Of a DNA stretch of 64,000 bases, positions 39,723 through 50,589 are shown piece after piece. The notes beneath the pieces were generated by a model that saw only the letters and a list, made by a program, of their open reading frames with translations, did no database searches and had not been told where the DNA came from. Made by a program: the position numbers and the translations under genes. The stretch spans positions 12,410,698 through 12,474,697 of the forward strand of contig OZ037765.1 in NCBI GenBank assembly GCA_964035545.1, written 5' to 3'. Every line of letters begins with the position of its first letter. The stretch's first letter is position 1. This DNA comes from Bugula neritina. Taxonomy: Eukaryota; Animalia; Bryozoa.

Positions 39723-41530
39723 ACCAATATAAATAAATAGCGTCTCTAGCTACCCGAACAGGACAAAGCAGAAATAGGTGAGAATAAATAAATAGCGTCT
39801 AACTGGGTAGCGTCCAAGTGGGAAGCGTCTAACTAGGATGACGCCAGCAAAACCTATCAAGTGCTGTCGCGGAGTAACCAGTTTGCTAAAATCTTTCTAT
39901 AAGCAGCTTTCAGGTCTGGGTGAATGTGTGCAAAAGCTTACGACTTTCAAATATTATTGAGTTGAGAGACGTAATTTTAACGTTGAGAAAACTAAATTAC
40001 TACACCCGGTCAATCCCGAACGCGTAGCTGCTTATAGAACAATTCTATTGTCTTCGAATGTCTCAAAATCAAAATGGACGAAAACCGTTTATGCCTAACT
40101 TATGGCGTTAATTTGCACTTGGACAGTCACATTACTACTCTACCAAGTACCAGTGCTAGTAATACTTATAAGTCATACGTCATAGTAATAGTGTTATACT
40201 CGTAGTCATACTGAAACTGAGTTTCAGTGAGTGAGTGTGTTGTTGGATCGGTTGAAAGTTTGAGGTACCTAAGGGCTGAGGCTAAGTTTAAGTTAGATTT
40301 ACTTTTAGTTTTACTTTTACTTTTAGTTTTAGAAACAGTTACTGTTAGTGTTACTGTTAGTGTTAGACTTTCAGTTTCACTTTGACTTACTCTTAGAGTA
40401 AAAGTAAGACTTAGACTGAGAGTAAGACTAAGAGGAAGAGTAACGGTTAGAGTAACTTCAGTAAGAGTTATTTTTACGCTTACTCTAACTCTTAGAGTTA
40501 GACTTGGAGTCAGCAGTTACAAATTGAAGTACAATTTAAATTTATAAGTATATGATAATCATAATGATATAATTATAATCATCATTGCGGTTATATCAAT
40601 ATGAATATGAAAGCAGAATATAATAATCACAATGTCATTGTCAGTTACTGTTAGTACAATGACAATGACAATACTGTTACTGTGTAATGGTAAACCGAAG
40701 CGTATGCATACTTACCACTACCAGTATCTTAATAGCTCTTTTCTTTATTTTGGCAATGGTGACAAAACAGAGCTTATTTTTGTCAGTGTAAAATGTTGCA
40801 TTGGGGGTGTTATTATCCCTGTATGATCATTGACCAATGACTGTCCAACACATTACCCATATGCGGTACACCCCTTCCTCCCTCTAGGGCAATCCAGTGT
40901 GATCACTTTGAGTAAGTTCGAGTAAGATCATTATGATTATGATGCTTTGTTTTACTATTAGTATTACTATTACTATTAGTATTATCTATGACTCCTAGTT
41001 TAAGTATAAGTATCGTTATGTGCCAAATGCCTGACACTCTGGAATTTCGAATCTAGATAATAGTTTCGTGAAATGTAATAGCTATACACTAAATATATTT
41101 TTAAAATTTTCAATAAAATGGGGATATCATTGTTCTGTAAGCCTTTAAATCATGCTGTTAAGAAATTGCGAATTTATAAGAAGTTTTTTACTTTGTAGCG
41201 TTGTAAATTCTCTGCTTAAGATATTACTTGAAAGTCCAAATTGGAAATAATTTGTTACACTATAACCATGCAACTGCTGAGCATAACAATGTAGATCTGT
41301 GGATGATGAATTTTCATACCATAATTTCTAGCAGCATCACATCAAAAGGTTTTTGTGGTGTCAGTTTTAATTGAATGTCGGTTTTTATAATTGTTGCTTA
41401 TTTTAAGTGTGTTCCTAGAATTTAAAAGCAAATGCAAATATATGTAAATCAAACTCGCTCTAATATAACTTAATGACCCTTGTTATGTATCTGCAGGTAT
41501 TTTTTGCATAGAGGAAGTAAAACAACTAAA

Positions 41531-41759
41531 ATGGGCACAGTTATCACTACTTTGTCATCACAAGACCTGTCTACACTAGGACTGGTTATAGTGACTCTTA
41601 TACTGACATACTACTTCTATGCTAGAACTAGTACTAAACAGCGCTACCCACGTGGACCTCCTACTATTCCTATACTTGGAAATCTTCCTCAACTTCTTAT
41701 GGCCAAAGATATGAATATGATATACTTTTTAGAAGATAGTCGTAAGAAGTATGGAAATG
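41531..41759 (+). CDS. Inverted duplicate of P450 coding exon 1 (first exon of a paralog, or an orphan exon)
   Basis: Same peptide as 33860-34088; upstream acceptor and GTAAGT donor intact; no exon 2 recognised in the remaining 22 kb. Confidence 0.75.
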
Positions 41760-41920
41760 TAAGTTGAAAACATATATTGCACTTTTGGAACTGATATTTA
41801 AAAGCATTTAATTGAGTTAATACCATATACCAAGTTTCAGTTAATTCAAATCTACTGAGTACTCTTGACTGAATTGCTTGTTGAAATCATCTAAGGATGC
41901 ACAAAGTGACTTGGTAGTGA

Positions 41921-42196
41921 GCATAGGGCCACATGAGGCGTATTTCTGCAAAAGAAAATATGCACCACAAGTAGAAAAGGTGTCCTCTGTGCATAAATTT
42001 TATGCGTTAAGATTCCTGAACGACAAGTTTAAATAGTTTCTGCCATCGTTACTTAATTGACTGGCTTGTTTAGCGAACCCACTTTGCTTTAATACTACGA
42101 ATGAGTCAGAATTCCCAATGCATGTAATCAGTAGAGACCTTTTTCTACTTATGGTGCAAATTTTTGTTTGCGAAAATAGCCCGTGTGGCCCTACGC
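41921..42196. mobile_element. PIF/Harbinger-type MITE
   Basis: ~65-bp imperfect TIRs GC(A/G)TAGGGCCACA...AAGTAGAAAA; flanks TGA/TAA; same family as 44026-44176. Confidence 0.75.
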
Positions 42197-42790
42197 TAAT
42201 ACAAAACTGTCTTTGAGGTTGTGCTAAATAATTATTGTCATAAGTAGTGTCTCGAGTTTGTGCAACTATTGACACTGTTGAAAATTTTTATTCTTCCAAA
42301 GAACTATTTGAGATTTATTAAAAGTATTATGCAAGGAAGTATTTTTGAAAATTGGGCTCTCTTCCATTTCTTATGAAATTTATATACAAGTTAGGGTTTC
42401 TCAAAATGATATTTGTACTCTGTAGCAGCTGTTAGAAATCCAAAACTCGGCACACATTGTGTAATAAAATTTTACTGCTCAATCTTTTAAAATGTCATTA
42501 TAAACATCTCTTCACTATGGTCAAGTGAGAGCAAAAGTCTAAAATATTAGTGCATTAGTTCAGATAATATAATAAACTAACTGGTAATAAAATAAGTTGG
42601 GTCAAAATTTTATACTTCTCGGAATGGAAAAGCTTGAAAATTACTGAAAATTTTTTTTAGAGGTACAAGTAGAGCATTTGAGACCCCAACCCTTGTGTTA
42701 TATTCTAATTACTCTATTCGATATCGTTACTCTATCGATACTATATCGAATATAAAAAACTTATTTATTCATTTTATTGACTACCAATTT

Positions 42791-43545
42791 CATTGTGTTT
42801 CCATTATCGCATTATGCGAATGGATTTTCTCATTCGCCCTATAGAAACAGTTGCATCGAAGCAAAACCGCAGCCGGAAATTACACCGAACGGCTCCTTCG
42901 ATGAAAAATTTCCTTCGCATTATGCGCATAATGGAAATGGTTCCTTCGGTTAAATCGAATGAAACCTTTTGTGCCGGAGGCAGAGATCAGCATTTGTGGC
43001 GGCTAGTTACATAGTTACGCGATGTAAACAATAATTATAAGTTACAACCTACGCTAACGTGTAGCCTACTTCGGCTTTTAAAAATTTAAATTATTTTATT
43101 TATCCTAGCTGCTATTATTTAAAATAGTTACTAATAATCTTAAATTTGTACAATTTTTCCGTAAGCCAAAGCTCTCCTAAGCTAAAAATAAGTTGACAGC
43201 TATTTTCATTTTGAAAATTTAAATTACTTTTAAGCTTATGTTTATCGATCAAGAAATACTTTATGCTTTCATTGGTTTATGCTTTTTTATTTTAAATAAA
43301 CTGACTCAAAGTTTGTGTATTTAATTGATTCAATCTATCAAAAATGAGGACAGAATTAAAAAAATGCCGTTGTGCATGAACTCAAACTCAAACTTGGCCA
43401 TATTAATTATCATTTTAGTTCAGCAGTCACAATTGTAAAGAGAAGATAATTTCGTACAGATTGCATAGGAACGTGTGGTTTTTCCTTCGATGTAATCCGT
43501 ACGGGCACCCGATACGCATTCATTCGCCTTCATGGAAACGCAGTG
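42791..43545. mobile_element. Non-autonomous TIR element (Harbinger-like) with a 3-bp TSD
   Basis: Termini CATTGTGTTTCCAT / ATGGAAACGCAGTG, with TTT on both sides. Confidence 0.7.
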
Positions 43546-45377
43546 TTTGTTTCACGTAGTGCAAGCTACGCTCATCAGGTCATTATGCATGGTTGAGTAA
43601 TTTTGTTTTGAAATTTAGATTGTTTGTGTATTGCTACACCAGAATTTCTTAATTAGCGTCTGTTGAATGATTCTGTTGAATGCGCAAACAAAAATTTTCG
43701 TTTGTGTTTGCACGTGCTGGAAAGTTCTTTACGTTTGTTGAGGGAGGATAACGCTGGTTGTTTTACAATTGCGTATTTCTTATAGCTACATAAGTTACAT
43801 CTGTTAGTTAAGTTTGAGAACGATTTACAAATTTTTAAAATGCTCCATTTTAAGCTAAATTTCATGTTGTTTTCTTTTAAGTTCCAGATGTGTCTGCTGA
43901 GTTGTGTGTTGGCTTTTTTTGCATGTAGGAAAGAGGCTCTATGGTTGTTGAATCGGGTTTTAAAAGTAGTTGAACAGAGTCCTATGTATGATTGACTGTC
44001 TTGTCACAGTTGCTTGGTAGATTTAGTCTAGGGCCACACTATGCGTACTTTCGCGTGCGAAAATTTAAACCACAAGTAGAAAAGTAGTTTTTCGATTTCA
44101 CTGACTACAGTGGACACCTTTTCTACTTGTAGTTTGAATTTTCGCCTGTGAAAATGTGCACCGTGTGACCCTAGGCTAAGTCTTTGTATAGACATTTATC
44201 ATTTAATGGGAAGGTTGTTTACAGTTGCATTGTGTGTCGTTTAGTTTAGTAGTGGTAGTAGGGGTGTGTGCAGTTTTAAGTTTGTGTTGGTTTGAGCCAT
44301 CAATAATATTTTTCATGTTTGGCATACATGAGTAGCTAATTTTTATGGTTTTCCTATTAAAAAATTTACTCAGCTGGTTTGATTGTGGGAAGCATTTGTC
44401 GATGGTTTGAAGAAATTTTTTTCCGATATGGGTTTTCCTGGTTGAACTGAAAGGTGGGTTGTACCACAATGTTTCTATTCCTATTTTTATAATTTTTGTT
44501 GGATTCAGGTGTTGGGTTATATTTTAATTTATAGTCATCCACTGTTTGAGTGCTTCTGGGTATGGTTGTATAGTGGTGTTAAACTGCTCCTCATTGGAGG
44601 ATAGTGAGCCAAGTCTTTTATTTATATTTCCTAGTAGGTTTTTCAATACTGCAGGTAGATAGTCGCTTTGCTTGTGTGCATAGAGGATAGTGTTTCCTGG
44701 TTTTGTATAAGGTTTGTAGGATTGGTTAGTTAGGTTGAATGTTACATCTAGGAAGTTTACAACTTTTTATTGATTTCTATTGTAATTGAGAGATTAAATT
44801 TTCTAACAAAGCTGCAAATTTTTTTCTTGTTATGTTCTATATGTCTCGTTGTTCCTTCACAAACTATGAGCCATTCATCTCTATATAGGCTTAAATTGCA
44901 TTCTAGATTCATTTCAGTAATTAATAGGTTTAGTAGGTAGATTCCAATTAGTTGGCAGGTTTCGGCACCGTCATAGCTTCCCATAGTAATATTAAAATTA
45001 CTGTCATGCTTTTTTGTTCATTGTTCACCAGTGGAAACAAGGATGGACTTTTTAGAGTTTAAAATTATTTCCTGGTGTTCAGTTGGTATTTTAGCAAAGT
45101 GTGAAGCAAAGGAAAGGGCTTTGGAAAGGAGGTCCTCAGTTATTGATGGGTAAAAATTGCATGTCAAAAGTAATAAAGGACTTATTGCTTTTGTTTTTGA
45201 TGTTTTCAAACCAGTTTATTACTGAATAGATATTCTTCCATATGTTGATGTTGATATGTTGAAGGAGTTTAGCATTTATATTGTCCAATAATTGTTTGCT
45301 GATTATACTGATGTTGGATTTGGTGGGATTTGTAAGTCTGCAGGATGGTTTGTTACTAAAGTTAGGTTTGTGGTTTT
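43546..45377 (-). mobile_element. Decayed Penelope-like element A (RT + Cys-rich linker + GIY-YIG)
   Basis: ORF fragments NFYPSI, MGSYDGAETC, LYRDE, WYNPPFS, SYSCMPN, CNC, RCNLC..K...LNKR.EL.STCKH; many frameshifts. Confidence 0.88.
44026..44176. mobile_element. PIF/Harbinger-type MITE nested in PLE A
   Basis: TIRs GTCTAGGGCCACAC / GTGTGACCCTAGGC; flanks TTA/TAA; removing it restores KDLIYQATV in the host endonuclease. Confidence 0.8.
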
Positions 45378-46660
45378 TTAATGTAATTGAAGCAATTCGA
45401 TGTGGTTCATCTTGGTTTTGTTGTTGAAAATAAAAATATTTGGTTGTAATTTTGCCCAGGTAGTGCTTTTTTGCATGTCTGCATGTAGATAAAATTTCAG
45501 TTCTATTGAGGAGGTTTTACTAAGCCAGAATACTATGAAATATTTTTCCCATAGGCTGAGGTTGCGTCGTTTGGTAACTTTATTGTATGAATTGGTCTTC
45601 TTCATAATTTTCTATATTATAACTCCCAGATGTTTTTGCTCAGTTCTATGTAGTTCTTTTTTGTTTTGTTGTTGAAAGTTGATTTGTGTTTTTATAATCT
45701 GGTCATTATTTCTGTCTCTGATGTTCCTACATGAGTTTGGGGTTTACTGTTGTCATTGGTTGTAACTGTAGCTTGGTACATGATACACTTGGTGAAGGAT
45801 TTCTCATCTAGTCGGCACACTTTGTTGCTTCTACAGTCACATTCTCAAGGTGGTTGGATTGCTGGGGTGAGTAATCTTTAATTGTGGCTGCTGATTATGT
45901 TGTTAAGAGTTCTGCAGCAGCTTTAACTGAGTTTTGTTGTTTTTGTTAAACATTTTGTAGACTTTGTGATTTCTGGGTATTTTTTCCTCCAAGATTTTAA
46001 AACATTGTTTTCCCAGGTTGCTTGTTACACTTTTGAAGAAAGGAGGTTTTATGTTGTGTTAATTTGCAGTTATTATATGTTTATGCTGTAGAGGCTACAC
46101 TCGGTTGAGGGCTAAAACTAACTTATATTTGTAAATCTTCATCTTATATATATATATACAGAATATGACATCATACAATTGGCAAACATCATCTGATTCA
46201 TGCAGTAATAATAAACAACACTATTGCATGCAGCACAAATTCAAAAAATTACAACCCTTCTTTTCTTCAAAAAGATAATTAGTTACCCATAACATCTAAA
46301 AGTAATTAGTTTCACAAGTGCTCTAGACCAAGTTTAGATAAAATGACATGCAATAGTAATTTCTAATAAACAGCAATTCATAAACAGTTAGCTACTCATC
46401 AAATATAGTAGCTTTAACAAAAACAAACAGCATTTAGACTATCATAAGTAAATATTGCTAAAAGGTGTGGCAATCTCAAATTGGGATTTGAAAGATTTCA
46501 TTATTATCTTGTATTACTCATCCAGCGCATGAATTACCACATCCCCATACCAATCAGGTTGTTTTCTAACACGTTGAGGCCTTTGCTGGGTGTTGGCATC
46601 ACCCACAGGTGAATCATCCTTATTTAAACTAGGTGTTTTGGGGATAACTTTGACAAAAGT

Positions 46661-47992
46661 CTAATTGCGCCTAGTAACCTTGCCATTGCTTGGGTTTTCA
46701 CGTACAATATCGGAGCTCTGTTTGGATGTTACTACAAGCCTATCATTGCCAAAGTTGCAACTTAATTTTCCTTTATCCTCTTCCCTCAACAAAACTTCAT
46801 CCCCTACTTCTACTTCAGATTTCCTAGCCCCACGTCTAGCATCTGCATATTCTTTGCATGAATTAGACTTAGCTACCAAGTCTTTCCATTTAATAGCTAT
46901 TGGCACTGCCTCTTTGACAATCTGCCTAGCATAATCATCTGCTGCTACTGTAGCAATGCTGTTTACTTTGTGATTCATCACATTACACAGCCTAGAGAGT
47001 GGATCCGCTATGTTTCCTTTACCAGGTTTATATTTCACTGTAAACCTAAATGACTGCAAGCGTAATGACCACCTCTCTATCCTAGGAACTGGCTTAGAGC
47101 TAGGATTATTAAATATGAATGCTAGGGGTCTGTGGTCTGTTATTAGCTCGAACTCAATGTCTAACAAGTACATCATGAAATGTTCACAGGCCCACGCTAT
47201 TGCCAAAGCCTCCCTCTCTGTTTGACTATATCTACGCTCAATATCTGTCAACCCGCGGTGTCCATATGCCACCACTCTATCTCCCTGCACTAAAACAGCT
47301 CCTAATGCAAATGGGCTAGCATCAACCACAACATTGGTTTTCAATTTTGAATCAAAATGAGCCAGCGTCTTAGCATTGGCCATGAGAGTTTTGATCTTGT
47401 TAAAAGCACCTTGCTGTTCTTTACCCCAAGTGAACTGAACAGACTTTTGAGTGACTTGCCTAATAGGCTCTGATACACTAGTTAAATCTGAAATAAATTT
47501 TCCCACAAAATTTACCAAGCCAAGGAAGCTCCTGCAATCAGTCGCATTTTTCGGTGGTTGAAATTCAACTATTGATTTAACTTTTTCTGGGTCAGCTGAA
47601 ATTCCGCTACCTGAGATAATAAAGCCAAGGAACTTCACTGGGCTAACTCTAAATTCACACTTGCTAGCATTCAGTGTCAAGCCTACTTGTTTGAGTCTCA
47701 AAAGTAATGCTTTCAACCTCTCATCATGCTCTAGCCTGTTTGATGCAAATAAAATAATATCATCAGCCATATTTTGGACTCCTGCCAAACCTGCTAATGC
47801 TTGCTGTATGATATACTGAAATTGCTCTGGGCTAGCATTTGTACCCATCGTTAGCCTTTTATATCTAAACAAACCAAAGGGTGTGATAAAAGTTGTAATA
47901 GGCCTTGAATTTTCCTCAGTTTCCACCTGGTGAAAACCTTGCCTCAAGTCCAACTTTGAAAAAACTTGAGCCCCTTCTAAATTAGCTAGCAT
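46661..47992 (-). CDS. Gypsy RT-RNase H joined directly to the integrase C-terminal tail
   Basis: FSKLDLRQGFHQ, TPFGLFRYKRL, MADDII, FLG, VDAS, YSQTEREAL, TDHRPL, NIADPLSR, then KEYADARR...GDEVLL. Confidence 0.88.
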   Translation of the reverse strand: MLANLEGAQVFSKLDLRQGFHQVETEENSRPITTFITPFGLFRYKRLTMGTNASPEQFQYIIQQALAGLAGVQNMADDIILFASNRLEHDERLKALLLRLKQVGLTLNASKCEFRVSPVKFLGFIISGSGISADPEKVKSIVEFQPPKNATDCRSFLGLVNFVGKFISDLTSVSEPIRQVTQKSVQFTWGKEQQGAFNKIKTLMANAKTLAHFDSKLKTNVVVDASPFALGAVLVQGDRVVAYGHRGLTDIERRYSQTEREALAIAWACEHFMMYLLDIEFELITDHRPLAFIFNNPSSKPVPRIERWSLRLQSFRFTVKYKPGKGNIADPLSRLCNVMNHKVNSIATVAADDYARQIVKEAVPIAIKWKDLVAKSNSCKEYADARRGARKSEVEVGDEVLLREEDKGKLSCNFGNDRLVVTSKQSSDIVRENPSNGKVTRRN

Positions 47993-49494
47993 CTCCTTAA
48001 CAGTTGGAATAGGGTGTCTTTCCCTAAAATAGTCTTATTTGCCTGGCACATGTCAACTGTTTGTCTAATTTCCCCATTATCTTTCAAAACTACCACCAAT
48101 GGACTCACCCATGTTGTACCAACTCCAGCAACGGGCTCAATAATGTCATTAGCTAACAAATCATCTAGCTTTTGCTTCACCGTATCTTTGAACCCCAATG
48201 GTAACCTACGCACTGGCTGAGCAACTGATGTTACTGCTTTATCAACGTGAAATTTTGCTTTCACCCCTTTGAGTTTTCCCGCACCTTGAAAAATTTCTGG
48301 AAATTGTCTAACAATTTCACACTGATTTTCAGCACTTACATTATAAACATTACCATCAAAAGACAAGAGATGTAAATCTGTGGCTGTTTTACCACTTAGT
48401 AAGCACTTAGCATAGCCATTAAAAACATACACAGTAGCCTTAGCAATATATGCAGCACACTTAATTTCAGTATCAAAACAACCAATCATGTTTAATTGCT
48501 TGTCACTGCCATAAGCATACAAAGCCTCGATTATTGGCTGCAACATAACTTTGTGTTTGATCCTATTATAGGCAGCCAAATCTATGATATTGTTGCAAGC
48601 TCCTGTGTCAATTAAAAATAAAATACTCTCACCCAAAACAGTCACATCACATTTAGGAATTTCAAATTTTCCCTTCACAGCGAACAACGTTTCCTTGCTC
48701 ATATCCTCTACTTTTGCCACTGTATGGTGCTTTGTTGTGCCTTTACAGAACTTCGACTTGGCAAAATGTCCTCTCCTGCCACAGTCCTTGCACGTTTTTT
48801 CCTTTGCTGGACAACTGTTACTACTCGCCAAATGTCCGGTCCTAGAGCACCTGTAGCAAATAGCTTGACTTTTCCTATTATTTTCTGTATGCTTAGGTCT
48901 TGCTCCACTATTGACCCTTCCATTTCTCACGGCTGAAACAGTTTCCGGTCCACTGTTTAACTTGACATTGTCCATCTTTTCGTCAACTTCAACTTGCAGT
49001 GCAACATCTATCCCTGCTTGAAGCTTGGATTGCTGTTCTGCTGCCATAGCAGTTATCCTCTCTCTGATTGTCTTACTTTGCACCCCTATTCTAAATTGTT
49101 CAAGCAAATTATCATGTAGCACATTCCCAAACTCACATGATCTAGCTTGTGCCCTCAGTCTAGCCACGAAGTCTGTCACAGATTTATTCGGTGATCTCTT
49201 GACTTCTCTAAACTTCGCCCCCTCAACCATTTTATTTGTCACTGTACCATAATGCCTTTTTAGCTGCTGTACTAGATTGTCATAGCTAACATCCTGTGGC
49301 ATCTCTGGTGATACCAAGTTTGTCAAAGTTTCGTATTGACTCTCTGAAAGCCCCATAATCAGTACATGCTTCCTCAAGTCAGCATCTGTCTTGTGTATAA
49401 GAAAATAACTTTCTAACCTCTGCATATAATGTTCTATCTTCCCACTAAACTGCGGTATAGATCCAGTAGCCATTCTAAAATCTTGAGCTGCCAC
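47986..49494 (-). CDS. Gypsy Gag (two CCHC knuckles) + aspartic protease + start of RT
   Basis: CYRCSRTGH...C, CKDCGRRGH...C, FLIDTGA, WVSPLVVVLK. A 1-nt frameshift near 48025 separates it from the rest of pol. Confidence 0.88.
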   Translation of the reverse strand: MAAQDFRMATGSIPQFSGKIEHYMQRLESYFLIHKTDADLRKHVLIMGLSESQYETLTNLVSPEMPQDVSYDNLVQQLKRHYGTVTNKMVEGAKFREVKRSPNKSVTDFVARLRAQARSCEFGNVLHDNLLEQFRIGVQSKTIRERITAMAAEQQSKLQAGIDVALQVEVDEKMDNVKLNSGPETVSAVRNGRVNSGARPKHTENNRKSQAICYRCSRTGHLASSNSCPAKEKTCKDCGRRGHFAKSKFCKGTTKHHTVAKVEDMSKETLFAVKGKFEIPKCDVTVLGESILFLIDTGACNNIIDLAAYNRIKHKVMLQPIIEALYAYGSDKQLNMIGCFDTEIKCAAYIAKATVYVFNGYAKCLLSGKTATDLHLLSFDGNVYNVSAENQCEIVRQFPEIFQGAGKLKGVKAKFHVDKAVTSVAQPVRRLPLGFKDTVKQKLDDLLANDIIEPVAGVGTTWVSPLVVVLKDNGEIRQTVDMCQANKTILGKDTLFQLLRRC

Positions 49495-50413
49495 TATCAG
49501 ATTATCCTCCTTGCCAATTTTATGTTGTGTTAATTTGCAGTTATTATATGTTTATGCTGTAGAGGCTACACTCGGTTGAGGGCTAAAACTAACTTATATT
49601 TGTAAATCTTCATCTTATATATATACAGAATATGACATCATACAGTTGCCAAACATCATCTGATTCATGCAGTAATAATAAACAACACTATTGCATGCAG
49701 CACACATTCAAAACATTACAGGAGGGTTATACCATGTGATGTTTTTTCTTCTTGCTCGTTTTGGTCTGCTAGTAGTATGTGTTGGCTGGAATGTTAAGCT
49801 GTGTATATACCCACTTTCAGTTAGTGTTTCTTGATACATCTTTGTTGATTGGCTAAAAACTTCTTTGTTAGATGGGAGGTTGGAAAGCCTGTTTTTTATG
49901 GCTTAGAACTTTTTTAAGATATGAGGTGGATGGTTGGATTTAGAGTTTACATATAAAATTTCGCTGTTAGGTTTTACATGAGGTCTATATATTATTTTAT
50001 TGATGTCAAAATTTATATCTAGGTAGTTAACAGCTTTTTTTGTTTACTTCGATGGTAATGTTTAGATTAGTTGTTGAAAAATTTTGCACATTGATTTTTT
50101 AATTCCATCTATATTTTTGGCAGTGTCGTTGGTTGCTTCTAAGCGGTCATCGTGGTATAGACCAAAGGTGTTTCCAAACTTCTGGTTCATTTTATGGAGT
50201 AAAAATATGCCAACCAAGGTGCAACATTCTGCATATATATATAAAATGGTGTATAGTTAGCCACTAAAAAGAACTTAATGCAGAGCAAAGTGAATAAAAG
50301 AAATGAACAATAAAATTTGATTTAGAACACTTTATTACTAATAGTTTCATGTGCATTGTATATACACAATCTTCAGATGAAATGGTAAGATGTAGTATAA
50401 CAAGAAAAAAACA

Positions 50414-50525
<112 letters not shown>

Positions 50526-50589
50526 GAGAAATGTGTGTAAAAGCTTTAAAGCCAATGTGTTAAAATATATAGATAGATAAAATGAAAGT

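Larger units (their letters stand above)
37523..39845. mobile_element. Possible non-autonomous TIR transposon hosting the central PLE
   Basis: CCCAGTTAGACGCTATTT at ~37547 is inverted relative to three tandem AGCGTCTAACTGGG-like units at 39794-39836; GGC...GCC termini; no clean TSD. Confidence 0.4.
46047..49720 (-). mobile_element. Ty3/Gypsy LTR retrotransposon with both LTRs; integrase core deleted
   Basis: LTRs 49523-49720 and 46052-46253 (TG...CA, ~200 bp); PBS-like TGGCAAGGAGGAT after the 5' LTR; PPT GAAGAAAAGAAGGG before the 3' LTR; 5-bp TSD GGAGG at 46042-46 and 49721-25. Confidence 0.93.
45400..50232 (-). mobile_element. Decayed Penelope-like element B, split by the Gypsy insertion
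   Basis: 49721-50232 (FGLYHDD, SNHPP, ITWYNP) joins ~45400-46046 (PFFKSV, CDCR, MYQATV, LSLWEKYFI) once the LTR element is removed. Confidence 0.8.

Noticed and set aside
40300-40335. TTTTAG units as interstitial telomere repeat or CRISPR-like array
   Set aside because: Not TTAGGG/TTAGG, units drift in sequence, no repeat-spacer structure, and the context is eukaryotic.
48010-48035. Programmed -1 frameshift between the two Gypsy ORFs
   Set aside because: The break lies inside the RT domain and there is no in-frame X XXY YYZ heptamer; a 1-nt deletion is simpler.
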